Shown here: piece by piece, positions 1 to 10,270 of the stretch
How the letters are laid out: every line of letters starts with the position of its first letter
How positions within the stretch are numbered: position 1 is the stretch's first letter
Source of the DNA: a virus
Taxonomy: Duplodnaviria; Caudoviricetes
Strand: one strand, 5' to 3'
IMG/VR virus record: IMGVR_UViG_3300031555_002371
Location: 32,001 to 96,000 of that record
DNA: 64,000 nucleotides
Translations under genes and position numbers: made by a program
Notes under the pieces: generated by a model
What the model saw: the letters and a program-made list of their open reading frames with translations, nothing else
What the model was told of the DNA's origin: nothing
The model's database searches: none

Positions 1-523
1 TGTAAAGGATGTGAGTCCTGACCAGATTGTAAAGAATATGGCTTCGTTTAGGTACATCGATAAAGATGGGTTTAAATGGGAAACCCCCAAGACCATTTTG
101 GATTGCACAGAAGCCAAACTTGAATACGATGAACTTATGGGAATTATCAATGAAAAGCGAAGAAAAATCAAACAGATTCTCGAAGACAACGGCGTTCCAG
201 CTCATGCAGCAACACAAGATGCAAACTTTGTATTACCTCGCGCAACCACAACAGAGTTTGTAATCGGCTTTACGCCCGAAGCCTTAATTCATTTCTGTCA
301 TAAACGACTTTGTACACGCGCACAAGAATTCATTAGAACACTCGCCATTTTAATGAAGAAAGAAGTTGCTAAGTATTCAGAGGAATTTGCAAAGGAGTTA
401 GTTCCTCAATGTAATCATCTTCTCTGGTGTCCCGAAGGCAAGAGGTGTTGTGGTACATATCCAACCAAGACTGAACTTAAAAATATCCTGGCAGAAGCCA
501 GAGAAACAACTAACAATGCGTAA
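1..523 (+). CDS. thyX: FAD-dependent thymidylate synthase ThyX (5' truncated by window)
   Basis: SFRY, QDANFVLPRATTTEF, HFCHKRLCTRAQEFIR and C-terminal C..CPEG..CG match ThyX; lies in the nucleotide metabolism cluster. Confidence 0.8.
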   Translation, partial: VKDVSPDQIVKNMASFRYIDKDGFKWETPKTILDCTEAKLEYDELMGIINEKRRKIKQILEDNGVPAHAATQDANFVLPRATTTEFVIGFTPEALIHFCHKRLCTRAQEFIRTLAILMKKEVAKYSEEFAKELVPQCNHLLWCPEGKRCCGTYPTKTELKNILAEARETTNNA

Positions 524-761
524 ATACGAAAACCATTGTGTTGGCTGCCCAAAGGATATGGGATGCCTCGGTAGAATTTGCCGATATGTAGATGTTCCGG
601 TTGACTATTGTGATAGTTGTAATGGCGAGGGAGCGAAATATCGAATAGATGGAGAAGATTATTGCGAAGAATGCGCAAAAGAATATTTAAAAGATATATT
701 TAACGATTTGACCATTATAGAGCAAGCAGAAGTATTAGACATCGACATTGAAAGGATTTGA
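516..761 (+). CDS. small Cys-rich hypothetical protein
   Basis: ATG at 516 overlaps the thyX end; several CxxC motifs. Confidence 0.65.
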   Translation: MRKYENHCVGCPKDMGCLGRICRYVDVPVDYCDSCNGEGAKYRIDGEDYCEECAKEYLKDIFNDLTIIEQAEVLDIDIERI

Positions 762-770
762 TGATTAAAT

Positions 771-1349
771 ATGAATGTAGTATTAATCGGTGCAAGTGCA
801 TCGGGTAAGTCAACATTACAAACAATGCTTATCAAAAGAGAGCCATGTTTTAAAAAGGTTGTTACATACACTACAAGACCGCCAAGAGATGGAGAAGTGA
901 ATGGCGTTGACTATCATTATATAACTAACGAGGAATTTGATAAATTAGTAAACGAGGGATTTTTTGCGGAACATAACTCATATCGTGAATGGTCGTATGG
1001 AACTCCCAAACACGAATTAATGAATGACAATGAAAATCATGTTATCGTACTGACTCCTGCAGGATATAGAGAATTAAAGAAAAACAACATTGAAACTCTA
1101 TCTATACTAATCGATGTTGATAGAAGGTCTCGTTTAATTAATAATCTCAAACGTGGGGATAATATTGAGGAAGCGTATCGTAGAAGTTTATCTGATGTGG
1201 GGCAATTCGATGGTGTGGCAAATGAGGTTGATTACATAATTGATAATTCTCAGTATAGATACAACGAAGAAGAAATGCTCGATATTCTATTAGATATCAT
1301 TACAAAGACAGACCCTCATTTTAGAAATCAACAGCTCACAGTTTTCTAA
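771..1349 (+). CDS. gmk: guanylate kinase-like protein
   Basis: P-loop GASASGKST; TTRPPRDGEVNGVDYHY and YGT signature. Confidence 0.9.
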   Translation: MNVVLIGASASGKSTLQTMLIKREPCFKKVVTYTTRPPRDGEVNGVDYHYITNEEFDKLVNEGFFAEHNSYREWSYGTPKHELMNDNENHVIVLTPAGYRELKKNNIETLSILIDVDRRSRLINNLKRGDNIEEAYRRSLSDVGQFDGVANEVDYIIDNSQYRYNEEEMLDILLDIITKTDPHFRNQQLTVF

Positions 1350-1360
1350 CGGAGGATGTT

Positions 1361-1798
1361 TTGAAGTATTTTAAGATTTATACAGCAGGCAAAATGGCTG
1401 GTCTCTCATATGAAGAACAGATGGGGTGGAGAAAAGAAATTGAGCATCTTATCAAACAGAAAACAGAGGCTAATATTACGTTTATCCATCCTCCGACTTA
1501 TTACAGATATGATAAAACTGAACATAAGAGTGAGAGAGAAGTCAAGGATTGGGATTTGAACCAGGTTAAAGATAGTGATATTGTTATTGTTAATTTGAGC
1601 GATATTGATGATAGTGTTGACACTTATTACAAACTTGGAGTTATTGATTCCATGAATTCTTTTGGTTATAGGCATATCTACGTGATTGGTGTTGGCAAAT
1701 CAAATGCTAACCATCCATTGATTAATTTAACATTATTAAGACAAGAGGATAATTTTGAAGATGCGGCAGAGTATGTCGTTAATTATTTACTCTTATAA
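1361..1798 (+). CDS. nucleoside 2-deoxyribosyltransferase-like protein
   Basis: IYTAGKM..WR, DLNQVKDSDIVIVNL; the usual catalytic GT..E segment is degenerate (DTYYKLG). Confidence 0.65.
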   Translation: MKYFKIYTAGKMAGLSYEEQMGWRKEIEHLIKQKTEANITFIHPPTYYRYDKTEHKSEREVKDWDLNQVKDSDIVIVNLSDIDDSVDTYYKLGVIDSMNSFGYRHIYVIGVGKSNANHPLINLTLLRQEDNFEDAAEYVVNYLLL

Positions 1799-1827
1799 CT
1801 AAATCTAAACAACAAAGGAGACTAATA

Positions 1828-4044
1828 ATGATAATTATTAAACGCGATTGCTCCGAGGTTGAATTCGATAAGTCAAAAATATACGATGCCATTATGAAGG
1901 CTATGACGTTCGGTAGTGGCGTTATCAAACCACACATAGCTCATGAAATTGCTGACGAAATCGAAACCGAGGCTGCATACATTGAAGATTTGAGCATTTA
2001 CATTGTTGAGTCGATGGTTTTTGAAAAGCTCATTGGTAAAGGCGAAACACTTACCGCAAAAGCATACGAAGGATATAGAAGTGTTCGTGAATTCCAGCGA
2101 GACGTAAAAAACTCAACGGATGACACGATTAAAGAATTACTTACTGGTAAAAGCGACTATTGGAACAATGAAAACTCTAACAAAAATGCAATGCTGGTAA
2201 CAACACAGCGAGATTACATTGCCGGTATTGAAAGCGAAGATGTTACTCGCCGTATGTATTTGCCGCCTGATATTGTACAGGCTCATGATGATGGCATCAT
2301 TCACTTCCATGATGCGGATTACTTCTTGCAGAAAGCATTGTATAATTGCTGTCTTATCAATCTTGAAGATATGCTTCAGAATGGTACAGTTATTAGCAAT
2401 ACCTTAATTGAGAAACCTCATAGTTTCTCTACTGCCTGCAACGTAGCAACACAGATTATTGCACAAGTTGCATCAAGTCAGTATGGCGGTCAAACAATTT
2501 CTCTTTCTCATCTCGCACCGTTTGTTGATGTAAGTAGAAATAACATCCGCAAAGAGGTAATTAAAGAACTCAAAGATGTTCTCAATCTTGCCGATAGCGA
2601 GGCGTTCACAGAAGCGGTTGAGAAAATCACAGAAAAAAGATTGAAAAAGGAAATCAATAGAGGCGTACAAACTATTCAATATCAAGTTGTAACGCTGCAA
2701 ACCACAAATGGGCAAGCTCCTTTTCTTTCAGTGTTTGCGTATCTTGGAGAAACTAAAGACACTCAAACCAAACAAGACCTTGCGTTAATTATCGAAGAAG
2801 TATTGCGACAGAGAATTCAGGGTGTCAAAAATGAGCAAGGAGTATGGGTAACTCCTGCTTTCCCTAAATTGCTTTATGTTCTTGAAGAAGATAATATGCG
2901 CGGCGGAAAGTATTGGTATCTAACAGAACTCGCAGCAAAGTGTACCGCAAAGCGTCTTGTTCCTGACTACATTTCTGAAAAGAAAATGCTCGAATATAAA
3001 ATTGACAAAAACGGCAATGGAAATTGCTATGCGTGTATGGGTTGCCGCAGTTTCCTTACGCCTTATGTAGACGAAAACGGAAATCCAAAATATTACGGCA
3101 GGTTCAATCAGGGCGTTGTTACTATCAATTTGGTTGACCTTGCACTTTCTTCAAAGGGTGATTTTGATGCCTTCTGGAAATTGCTTGAAGTAAGAACTGA
3201 GTTATGCCATAAAGCACTACAGATTAGGCACAACCGACTTGAGAATACCTTATCTGATGTTGCTCCAATCTTGTGGCAGCATGGAGCTATTGCAAGACTC
3301 AAAAAGGGTGAGAACATCAATAAACTCTTGCATGGTGGCTATTCAACAATTTCACTTGGATACGCTGGTCTTTATGAGTGTGTTAAGTATATGACTGGGC
3401 ATAGTCACACAGATGGGGATATTGGTGAAAAGTTTGGTCTTGAGGTTATGCAGGCTCTTAACGATAAGTGTAAGCAGTGGAAAGAAGCAGAATCTATTGA
3501 TTATAGCCTCTACGGAACACCAATCGAAACAACCACATATAAGTTTGCAAAGTGTCTCCAAAAGAGATTTGGAATTATCGAAGGCGTAACGGATAAAAAC
3601 TATATCACCAATTCGTATCACGTTCCTGTATTTGAAGAAATCAACGCATTTGATAAATTGGCTCTTGAAGCTAAATTCCAAAAATTGAGTCCCGGCGGCG
3701 CAATTAGTTACGTTGAAATTCCAAACCTTTCCGACAACCTTGATATTGTTCTTCAGATCATTGAGTTCATCTACAACAACATTATGTATGCAGAACTTAA
3801 TACTAAGAGTGATTATTGTACGGTATGTGGATACGATAAGGAAATTGAAATTGTAACAGATGCAGAAAGCGGTAACCTTTACTGGCGTTGCCCTAAGTGT
3901 GGTAATACTGACCAAAGCAAAATGAGCGTTACACGAAGAACTTGCGGTTATATTGGTACAAACTTTTGGAATCAAGGCAGAACTCAGGAAATCAAAGAAA
4001 GAGTCCTTCACATCGACGATAAAGAATGTGAGGAAACGCCTTAA
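1828..4044 (+). CDS. nrdD: anaerobic (class III) ribonucleotide reductase with ATP-cone
   Basis: IIKRD..EFDKSKI ATP-cone, IHFHDAD, NCCL, MGCRSFL, zinc site CTVC/CPKC, glycyl-radical motif RRTCGYI. Confidence 0.97.
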   Translation: MIIIKRDCSEVEFDKSKIYDAIMKAMTFGSGVIKPHIAHEIADEIETEAAYIEDLSIYIVESMVFEKLIGKGETLTAKAYEGYRSVREFQRDVKNSTDDTIKELLTGKSDYWNNENSNKNAMLVTTQRDYIAGIESEDVTRRMYLPPDIVQAHDDGIIHFHDADYFLQKALYNCCLINLEDMLQNGTVISNTLIEKPHSFSTACNVATQIIAQVASSQYGGQTISLSHLAPFVDVSRNNIRKEVIKELKDVLNLADSEAFTEAVEKITEKRLKKEINRGVQTIQYQVVTLQTTNGQAPFLSVFAYLGETKDTQTKQDLALIIEEVLRQRIQGVKNEQGVWVTPAFPKLLYVLEEDNMRGGKYWYLTELAAKCTAKRLVPDYISEKKMLEYKIDKNGNGNCYACMGCRSFLTPYVDENGNPKYYGRFNQGVVTINLVDLALSSKGDFDAFWKLLEVRTELCHKALQIRHNRLENTLSDVAPILWQHGAIARLKKGENINKLLHGGYSTISLGYAGLYECVKYMTGHSHTDGDIGEKFGLEVMQALNDKCKQWKEAESIDYSLYGTPIETTTYKFAKCLQKRFGIIEGVTDKNYITNSYHVPVFEEINAFDKLALEAKFQKLSPGGAISYVEIPNLSDNLDIVLQIIEFIYNNIMYAELNTKSDYCTVCGYDKEIEIVTDAESGNLYWRCPKCGNTDQSKMSVTRRTCGYIGTNFWNQGRTQEIKERVLHIDDKECEETP

Positions 4045-4550
4045 TGAGATATTCCATGATTAGAAAAATGGATGTGTCAAACGGACGGGGAGTTGGAATC
4101 TCCCTGTTCGTTCAGGGCTGTCATTTCCATTGCAAAGGCTGCTTTAATCCGGAGACATGGGATTTTAATGGCGGCAAAGAATGGACAGAAGAAACTGAAA
4201 AGTTATTCCTTAGTCTTGCCGACCATGAATATATTCAGCGAATATCTATTTTGGGCGGAGAGCCTTTGTGTGATGAAAATATAGAAACAGTTGTTTCTCT
4301 CATTAATAAAATAAGGGTTTCATTTCCAAATAAAATAATTTGGGTTTACTCAGGGTATACATGGGAAAACCTTGTTGCATTACAAAAATATAAGCTGATT
4401 CAGAATGCAGATGTTCTTGTAGATGGCAATTTCCAATTGGACAAACAAGATATATATAACGAACATATCGTATTCGCCGGAAGCACAAATCAGCGAATTA
4501 TTGATATTAAGAAGTCAATCGCTAACAATGCGTTATGCGAATGGAGGTGA
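4044..4550 (+). CDS. nrdG: class III RNR activase (radical SAM)
   Basis: GCHFHCKGCFN, LGGEP, GSTNQR; coupled to nrdD. Confidence 0.95.
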   Translation: MRYSMIRKMDVSNGRGVGISLFVQGCHFHCKGCFNPETWDFNGGKEWTEETEKLFLSLADHEYIQRISILGGEPLCDENIETVVSLINKIRVSFPNKIIWVYSGYTWENLVALQKYKLIQNADVLVDGNFQLDKQDIYNEHIVFAGSTNQRIIDIKKSIANNALCEWR

Positions 4551-4555
4551 ATACG

Positions 4556-5098
4556 TTGGATGGATGTATAGTTGTGAACTTATTTGGAGTACCATCAGCA
4601 GGGAAGTCTACTGGTGCCGCCTACATATTTAGTAAGTTGAAAATGGCTGGAATTAACGCAGAGTTAATCACAGAATTCGCCAAAGACAAAGCATGGGAAA
4701 ATAATGAAGAAGCATTTAAACCAGACAACCAATGTTATATGTTTGGCGAACAGTTTTATAAAATGAGTAGATGTAGAGATAAGGTAGAAGTTCTTGTTAC
4801 CGATAGCCCGCTACCGTTAAGCATTTTATATAATAGAAGTAAAATTCTCGGAAAAGCATTCCACGATACTGTTATGGATTGCTTTAACTCCTTTAACAAC
4901 GTGTCCTATTTGCTGTTAAGAGATAAACCATATAATCCAAAAGGTAGAATTCAGACTGAAGAAGAAAGTGACGCATTACAAAATCCTTTGTGTTCATTGC
5001 TTAACGAATACAATATAAACTACACGGAGTTAAAGGGGAATGTAAAAAATTACGATTCAATCGTAGATACGATTATTAAAATAGTCAAGGAGAACTAA
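4556..5098 (+). CDS. P-loop nucleotide kinase / AAA_28-like ATPase
   Basis: [25 protein letters not shown]; GGAGG SD before the TTG at 4556. Confidence 0.75.
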   Translation: MDGCIVVNLFGVPSAGKSTGAAYIFSKLKMAGINAELITEFAKDKAWENNEEAFKPDNQCYMFGEQFYKMSRCRDKVEVLVTDSPLPLSILYNRSKILGKAFHDTVMDCFNSFNNVSYLLLRDKPYNPKGRIQTEEESDALQNPLCSLLNEYNINYTELKGNVKNYDSIVDTIIKIVKEN

Positions 5099-5100
5099 AT

Positions 5101-5532
5101 ATGGAGCAGATTAAAATTAAATATTTTTCAAAAGAGATTGACAAGATTTCCAAGATGGAAATTGGAGATTGGATTGATTTAAGAGCGGCAGAAGATGTAG
5201 AACTTGCCAAGGGTGAGTTTAAACTGATTAATCTCGGTGTCGGCATGATTCTTCCCAAGGGATACGAGGCTCATGTCGTTCCTCGCAGTAGTACATATAA
5301 AAATTTCGGCATTACTCAGGCAAATCATATGGGGGTTATTGATGAATCTTATTGTGGAGATAACGACCAGTGGAAGTTCCCTGCAAAGGCAGAGCGAGAT
5401 ACAGTTATTCATAAGAATGATAGAATTTGCCAATTCAGAATTGTTGAAAAACAACCAGACCTTGAATTCATTGAGGTTGACCGGCTTGATGGTAAAAATC
5501 GTGGTGGATTCGGAAGTACAGGAATTAATTAA
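5101..5532 (+). CDS. dut: trimeric dUTPase
   Basis: [29 protein letters not shown] motifs. Confidence 0.95.
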   Translation: MEQIKIKYFSKEIDKISKMEIGDWIDLRAAEDVELAKGEFKLINLGVGMILPKGYEAHVVPRSSTYKNFGITQANHMGVIDESYCGDNDQWKFPAKAERDTVIHKNDRICQFRIVEKQPDLEFIEVDRLDGKNRGGFGSTGIN

Positions 5533-5584
5533 TCTATAAATAAATTATAGACATTAAATTGATGTCTATGGATATATTAAACGT

Positions 5585-5618
5585 AAAAGCAGTTTATTTT
5601 GTATAAACTGCTTTTATT
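5585..5618 (+). terminator. intrinsic terminator after dut
   Basis: hairpin AAAGCAGTTTAT/ATAAACTGCTTT followed by TATT. Confidence 0.6.
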
Positions 5619-5636
5619 AAAAAGGCGGTTATAATA

Positions 5637-5840
5637 ATGAGTAAATTAAATTTATTACCATGTCAAAAGTTGTGTTTGACCATTGAAGAAGCTGCGGCAT
5701 ACTCAATGTTGGGGGAAAATAGATTGAGAAAAATTATAGAAGAAGACAAGACTCTCGATTGGGTATTGTATGTTGGCTCTTGGATTAGAATAAAAAGACC
5801 TCAATTTGAACAATGGATTTCAGAACAAAATTATATATAA
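5637..5840 (+). CDS. xis: excisionase (Tn916 Xis / HTH_17-like)
   Basis: KLCLTIEEAAAYSMLGENRLR..IKRPQFEQWI; directly upstream of the integrase. Confidence 0.85.
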   Translation: MSKLNLLPCQKLCLTIEEAAAYSMLGENRLRKIIEEDKTLDWVLYVGSWIRIKRPQFEQWISEQNYI

Positions 5841-5869
5841 TAAAAAATAGTAATTTTTAGAAACAATGA

Positions 5870-5898
5870 TTGACATTAAAACTGCAATATAGTATAAT
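5870..5898 (+). promoter_or_regulatory. consensus sigmaA promoter for the integrase
   Basis: TTGACA (5870-5875), 17 bp spacer, TATAAT (5893-5898). Confidence 0.85.
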
Positions 5899-5943
5899 AT
5901 AGGTAACATACTTGTATTGCGGTTTTTTGAAAGGAAAATAAAA

Positions 5944-7212
5944 ATGGCAGAAAGACGCGATACAAAAAATCGTCTCTTAGGAAAAGGTGAATACCAAAAG
6001 AGCGATGGCAGATATATGTATAGATATGTTGATTCAAAGGGAAATGATAGGTTTGTTTATAGTTGGACGCTAACGCAAACCGATAGACCGCCCAAAGGGA
6101 AACGCTCTGATAAATGCTTGCGAGAATTAGAGAAAGAAATTGCCAAAGACTTGCAGGATGAGATAGATTCATTCAAAGCAAAAAAAATGACACTCAACGC
6201 TTTCTACGAGGATTATATTGAGCAGAAGCAGGAGCTAAAAACCTCAACGAGAACCAACTACAAGTATATGTATAAAAAGTATGTTTGGGACTCTATTGGT
6301 CGCAGGAAACTCTCGGAAATCAAATACAGCGACATCAAAAAATTCTACAATCACCTCATTCGTGAGGTTGGTTTCAAGCCGAATAGTATGGAAATAATTC
6401 ACACTATTTTGCATCCCATTTTCGCCACGGCAGTTAGAGACGGTTATATCCGTGTTAATCCTACCGATGGTGTAATGGCTGAAATCAAAAAGAGCAACGA
6501 TTGGGAGAAACCAAAAAGACACGCATTGTCAGTTCAGGAACAAGAAGCATTTGTTGAGTTCGCCAAGTCTCACAGTGTTTATAGCCACTGGCTGCCGTTG
6601 TTCACAGTTCTTCTTGGCACAGGCTGTAGAGTTGGAGAAATCGTTGGTTTGACTTGGGATGATTGTGATTTCAAGAACGGCATTATCAATATTAACCATA
6701 GCCTTATTTACAGACCAGATGAGTTCACCGGCAAGTCTGGGTTCTATATCTCAACTCCGAAAACAAAAGCAGGTGAGCGTGAGATACCGATGTTTGAGGC
6801 TGTGAGAAAAGCATTGCTTAATGAGCGTTTGAGACAGATGCAAGAGGGTTTTAATCAAACTGTCATTGATGGTTATTCTGGCTTTATCTTTTCTAACAGA
6901 TTTAATGGAGTGCTTTCCCCGCACAACATTAACAGAGCGATTGAACGAATTACACGAGATTACAATGTCGCAGAAAGTGAACTTGCGGAAAGGCAAAACA
7001 GAGAGCCTTTACTTCTACCGCATTTCTCGGTTCACAATTTGAGACACACCTTCTGTACTCGTATGTGTGAGAATGAATCCAACATCAAAGTCATTCAAGA
7101 GATTATGGGACATTCCGACATTTCAACGACGATGGATGTTTATAATGAGGCAACTCGTGATAAGAAGAAAGAGTCGTTTGCGGGTCTGGAGGGCAAAATG
7201 AAGATTTGCTAA
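5944..7212 (+). CDS. int: tyrosine integrase, Tn916-like with N-terminal arm-binding domain
   Basis: GEYQKSDGRYMYRY N-domain; TGCRVGE, PKTKAG, HNLRHTF, MGHSDISTTMDVY; SD GAAAGG before ATG 5944. Confidence 0.95.
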   Translation: MAERRDTKNRLLGKGEYQKSDGRYMYRYVDSKGNDRFVYSWTLTQTDRPPKGKRSDKCLRELEKEIAKDLQDEIDSFKAKKMTLNAFYEDYIEQKQELKTSTRTNYKYMYKKYVWDSIGRRKLSEIKYSDIKKFYNHLIREVGFKPNSMEIIHTILHPIFATAVRDGYIRVNPTDGVMAEIKKSNDWEKPKRHALSVQEQEAFVEFAKSHSVYSHWLPLFTVLLGTGCRVGEIVGLTWDDCDFKNGIININHSLIYRPDEFTGKSGFYISTPKTKAGEREIPMFEAVRKALLNERLRQMQEGFNQTVIDGYSGFIFSNRFNGVLSPHNINRAIERITRDYNVAESELAERQNREPLLLPHFSVHNLRHTFCTRMCENESNIKVIQEIMGHSDISTTMDVYNEATRDKKKESFAGLEGKMKIC

Positions 7213-7525
7213 ATTTACTAAAAAATTTGCAAAAATTGAAGCGTTCATTTTAAGAAGTTTTGCAAAGTTTTAAGAAGTAGGCGAATAAAAAAACAAAAGA
7301 GATTACTATATATTGTGTTTTGACGACAAAAATACCGCAATATATAGTATATTATTCAACGTAGAAAGCGATGTTCTTCTAATCCCCACAATGAAGCCGA
7401 CTGAGCTATAAGTTGCGAAAAAAGGTATTAAAACTCCTTAAAACCTCTTAAAACACCTTACATTTGATCATTTTATAAAATGAGATCATTGTTTTACTAA
7501 AAATTTACTAAAAATAACTAAACCG
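7211..7525. other. attP site with a core matching the 3' end of lysS
   Basis: 7370-7411 reads DVLLIPTMKPTEL* (LysS C-terminus is typically IRDVLLFPTMKP); flanked by TTTACTAAAAA repeats and opposed TTTTAAGAAG / CTTAAAA repeats. Confidence 0.75.
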
Positions 7526-7546
7526 CGATAAATACAAGTATGCCGT

Positions 7547-7579
7547 AAAAAAACAAGGATTACCAATCCTTGTTTTTTT
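7547..7579. terminator. bidirectional terminator downstream of the att core
   Basis: AAAAAACAAGGATT-ACC-AATCCTTGTTTTTTT. Confidence 0.75.
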
Positions 7580-7755
7580 ATATCAAAAAAAAAATACACA
7601 CTACTACAATATCATAATAGCACAAATTATGCACTCATATTTTTGAATGCAAAAAAATGTCGCTAACACATTAGTGACTATTGATGATAAATCCAGCCAG
7701 GAAACTTTTTATAATTGCATGAATGGCATTACAGTAGGCGCATAATTGAAAACGC

Positions 7756-7791
7756 AAAAAAAAATACCCCTGCTATGTGCAGGGGTATTTG
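7756..7791 (-). terminator. terminator of moron cassette 1
   Basis: ATACCCCTGC/GCAGGGGTAT hairpin with an A-tract that gives a U-tail on the minus strand. Confidence 0.8.
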
Positions 7792-7807
7792 TATGCCACT
7801 GATTGTT

Positions 7808-8836
7808 TTATATTTGTGGTACTCCGCAATCTTCGTCCACCGGAGTTTCGCTGATCGGCTCAGCCAAGGAGACATTTACATCTATTGTTACATTTGAATC
7901 GACATTCGTTTGACTTATGTTCGTATCAGAATCAGGGCAAACAAACTGTAAGATAAACCCAGCGACCATGACCAAGATTAGTACGATACAAACAAACATG
8001 ACAGTATTATCAGAAAAAAATTTCATATCTTCTTTGCCGCCAATTTTTGCTATAAAACGGAACATAGTTGTCATGAAGACAAGGCATACAAGACCAACAA
8101 GAGCGGAAATACTAAATAACCTATAAAAATTTGCCGAGTTAATGCTTTCAATAACCGAAGAAAAATAAAATAATCCTGTAACTATACTAAGAACAATTCC
8201 TGAGAATATACCTAATATAGTTACACTTGTCTCAGACATTCTGGATGTTACTCGATGCATTTGAGACTTTACGGCGTCTTCGACCTTGCTGTCAACGACC
8301 TTCTCTGTGATTTTTTGTACTGCATCAGCTGCTTTGCTTTCTGCTGATTTTTCCATTTTGCGCAAAGTGCTTCCTGATGTTTGAGCAGAACGAATATCGT
8401 AAAAATGGACAAACACGCGGTAATGTTCACTAATCTCTTGGATGTAATCAATAGTAAAATCAAGCACGGTCGGAAATGGATGACGTAGATTTTTTGTTTG
8501 ATAATATTCTTTGCATTGTTCACAAAACGAAGCGTAAGAACCTAAAGCATCAAATTCAAATGGTCTTTTGAATTGATGCGCTTCAAATTCTGAATCTTGG
8601 TAATACGATTTGATATACCGCGCTATTTTTTTAAGAACAAACGATCTGATCTTCGGATTGGTTTTTGCTTCTCTGACATTCAAGTTTGACGTATCTTCTG
8701 GTGACAAAGAATCGATATATTGTTTAGCTTTCTGTATATCAGTTTCGTCTAAAGAATCTTTTTTTGTCAATATGATTGAGCAAAATTCATCAATCAATTG
8801 TTCAATTCGATCATAGTTTTCTTCTTCACAATGCAT
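7808..8836 (-). CDS. membrane protein with 3 C-terminal TM helices; putative toxin partner of the Panacea-like gene
   Basis: coiled coil followed by VTILGIFSGIVLSIVTGLFYF and two more hydrophobic segments; 11-bp overlap with the upstream gene. Confidence 0.6.
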   Translation of the reverse strand: MHCEEENYDRIEQLIDEFCSIILTKKDSLDETDIQKAKQYIDSLSPEDTSNLNVREAKTNPKIRSFVLKKIARYIKSYYQDSEFEAHQFKRPFEFDALGSYASFCEQCKEYYQTKNLRHPFPTVLDFTIDYIQEISEHYRVFVHFYDIRSAQTSGSTLRKMEKSAESKAADAVQKITEKVVDSKVEDAVKSQMHRVTSRMSETSVTILGIFSGIVLSIVTGLFYFSSVIESINSANFYRLFSISALVGLVCLVFMTTMFRFIAKIGGKEDMKFFSDNTVMFVCIVLILVMVAGFILQFVCPDSDTNISQTNVDSNVTIDVNVSLAEPISETPVDEDCGVPQI

Positions 8837-9563
8837 CTTTATTTTTTCTCCAAGCTACTTTGTCGTTAAACAAGTATTTTATCAAGGAAGATGTTGGTTT
8901 GTCCATAATGTCGGAAAAATCTGCGCGTTTTAATTCTTTAACCCTTTTAAGGCATACCTCTTTATTAGCACCCGCGACTCCACGGCTATCAACAATTGGG
9001 TTAATGCATTCTCCGAGGTCATTGGGAGTATACGCACCAAAGGTTTTGAACACAGAGTCAATCATATCCGTAACGCCTAAATCAAGACCAGAGATATCCT
9101 CGTAGTCTTTTGGGATTACTACATTCAAATCAAATGGGCTGGCAATAGAACCATCAGGTATGCTTTTTCTGTTGTCATCATATTTACAACGGGTATATAT
9201 TTCGCTGTCATTAAATCTGTCCATTATCTCTTGAATTGCCGTGCCGCAATCATCATATTTATATATCGTTTCTTTGAATGCTATGCAGTCGCGCCCGGCA
9301 TACGCGAAAGCAACTATCGAAAGTAATTTTCCTAATTTTGTTCTGGTGCAAGAATACCTTTTACCTGTTCTATAAAATAATTGGACAAGATAATTCGTTG
9401 CTTTTGTTAAATTAATCTCTAATTCTTTCATTCTATAATGCGAAAGGCTTCTTTGGGCAGAAATGCCTTCTATATTTACCTCCATTGAAATTTCAATACT
9501 TCCATTATTTAATGGCTTGATTTTAATACAATTTATTCTACCATTATAGTCAAATTTTGTCAA
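8826..9563 (-). CDS. divergent Panacea (DUF4065/SocA-like) antitoxin
   Basis: ATNYLV..TRTKLGKLL..FKETIYKYDDCGTAIQEI..IDSVFKTFGAYTPNDL parallels the Panacea pattern. Confidence 0.55.
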   Translation of the reverse strand: MTKFDYNGRINCIKIKPLNNGSIEISMEVNIEGISAQRSLSHYRMKELEINLTKATNYLVQLFYRTGKRYSCTRTKLGKLLSIVAFAYAGRDCIAFKETIYKYDDCGTAIQEIMDRFNDSEIYTRCKYDDNRKSIPDGSIASPFDLNVVIPKDYEDISGLDLGVTDMIDSVFKTFGAYTPNDLGECINPIVDSRGVAGANKEVCLKRVKELKRADFSDIMDKPTSSLIKYLFNDKVAWRKNKDAL

Positions 9564-10171
9564 CTTTTCTACCGCCCTTTTTATAATAAATTTGTAAAAA
9601 TATTGTGAATTCTTGTTTTATTAGTTGATTTTTCTTCGCCAAATACATATAATGTCTATTTATTGCCTTTATATAGGTAGATAATATTATATCACCCTAA
9701 AACTAAAAGTTTTGCCGAATCGACGCAACCAATAAAAAGGTAGAAAATATTCGTTTGACATTTTCCCATCCGATTATCCAAAGTTCGAGTATTTTGTGAA
9801 TTTAAGATATGTATTTATAAATATGACGATTTAGACTTTCCCTTTTAAGAACGCTTGTATTCAAAAGTTTGAGCAGTCATAGATAATAAAATCGCTTAGC
9901 GTTCAATCCTAATATAGTGTTTATATTGTATCATTAAATATAACATTAGAAAGTATTACCTTTTCGAAAAATATCTGACCATTAAGGAATAGAACTACCT
10001 CTTTGACAACTCCTATGTCTTTGCTGCCGTTCTTGAGGTCGTTTTCGTACTTTTCGACCATCTTTTTAGTTATGTGTCCCATGCGAAACAAGGAATTACC
10101 AAGAACATCACGAACCCTGCCGGATCACTTAACCGCTATAACGTATAAATATCAAATCGTACTATAATGGC

Positions 10172-10203
10172 AAAAAAAATACCCCTGCATAGCAGGGGTA
10201 TTT
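10172..10203 (-). terminator. terminator of moron cassette 2
   Basis: same ATACCCCTGC/GCAGGGGTAT stem as 7756-7791. Confidence 0.8.
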
Positions 10204-10270
10204 ACATTAGCTTTTGCGCGGTTAGTATGGTTTACCGACGTGTTGGAAATATTATTGTTCTTATCAATTT

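Noticed and set aside
1828-4044. Intein or intron in nrdD
   Set aside because: Normal length and continuous motifs; none seen in terL either.
7211-7525. CRISPR array or iterons
   Set aside because: Short repeats without regular spacers; position and symmetry fit recombination arm sites.
9920-10110. Minus-strand peptide MGHITKKMVEKYENDLK resembling the C-terminus of small acid-soluble spore proteins
   Set aside because: Match is short, with no N-terminal half or SD; may be chance.
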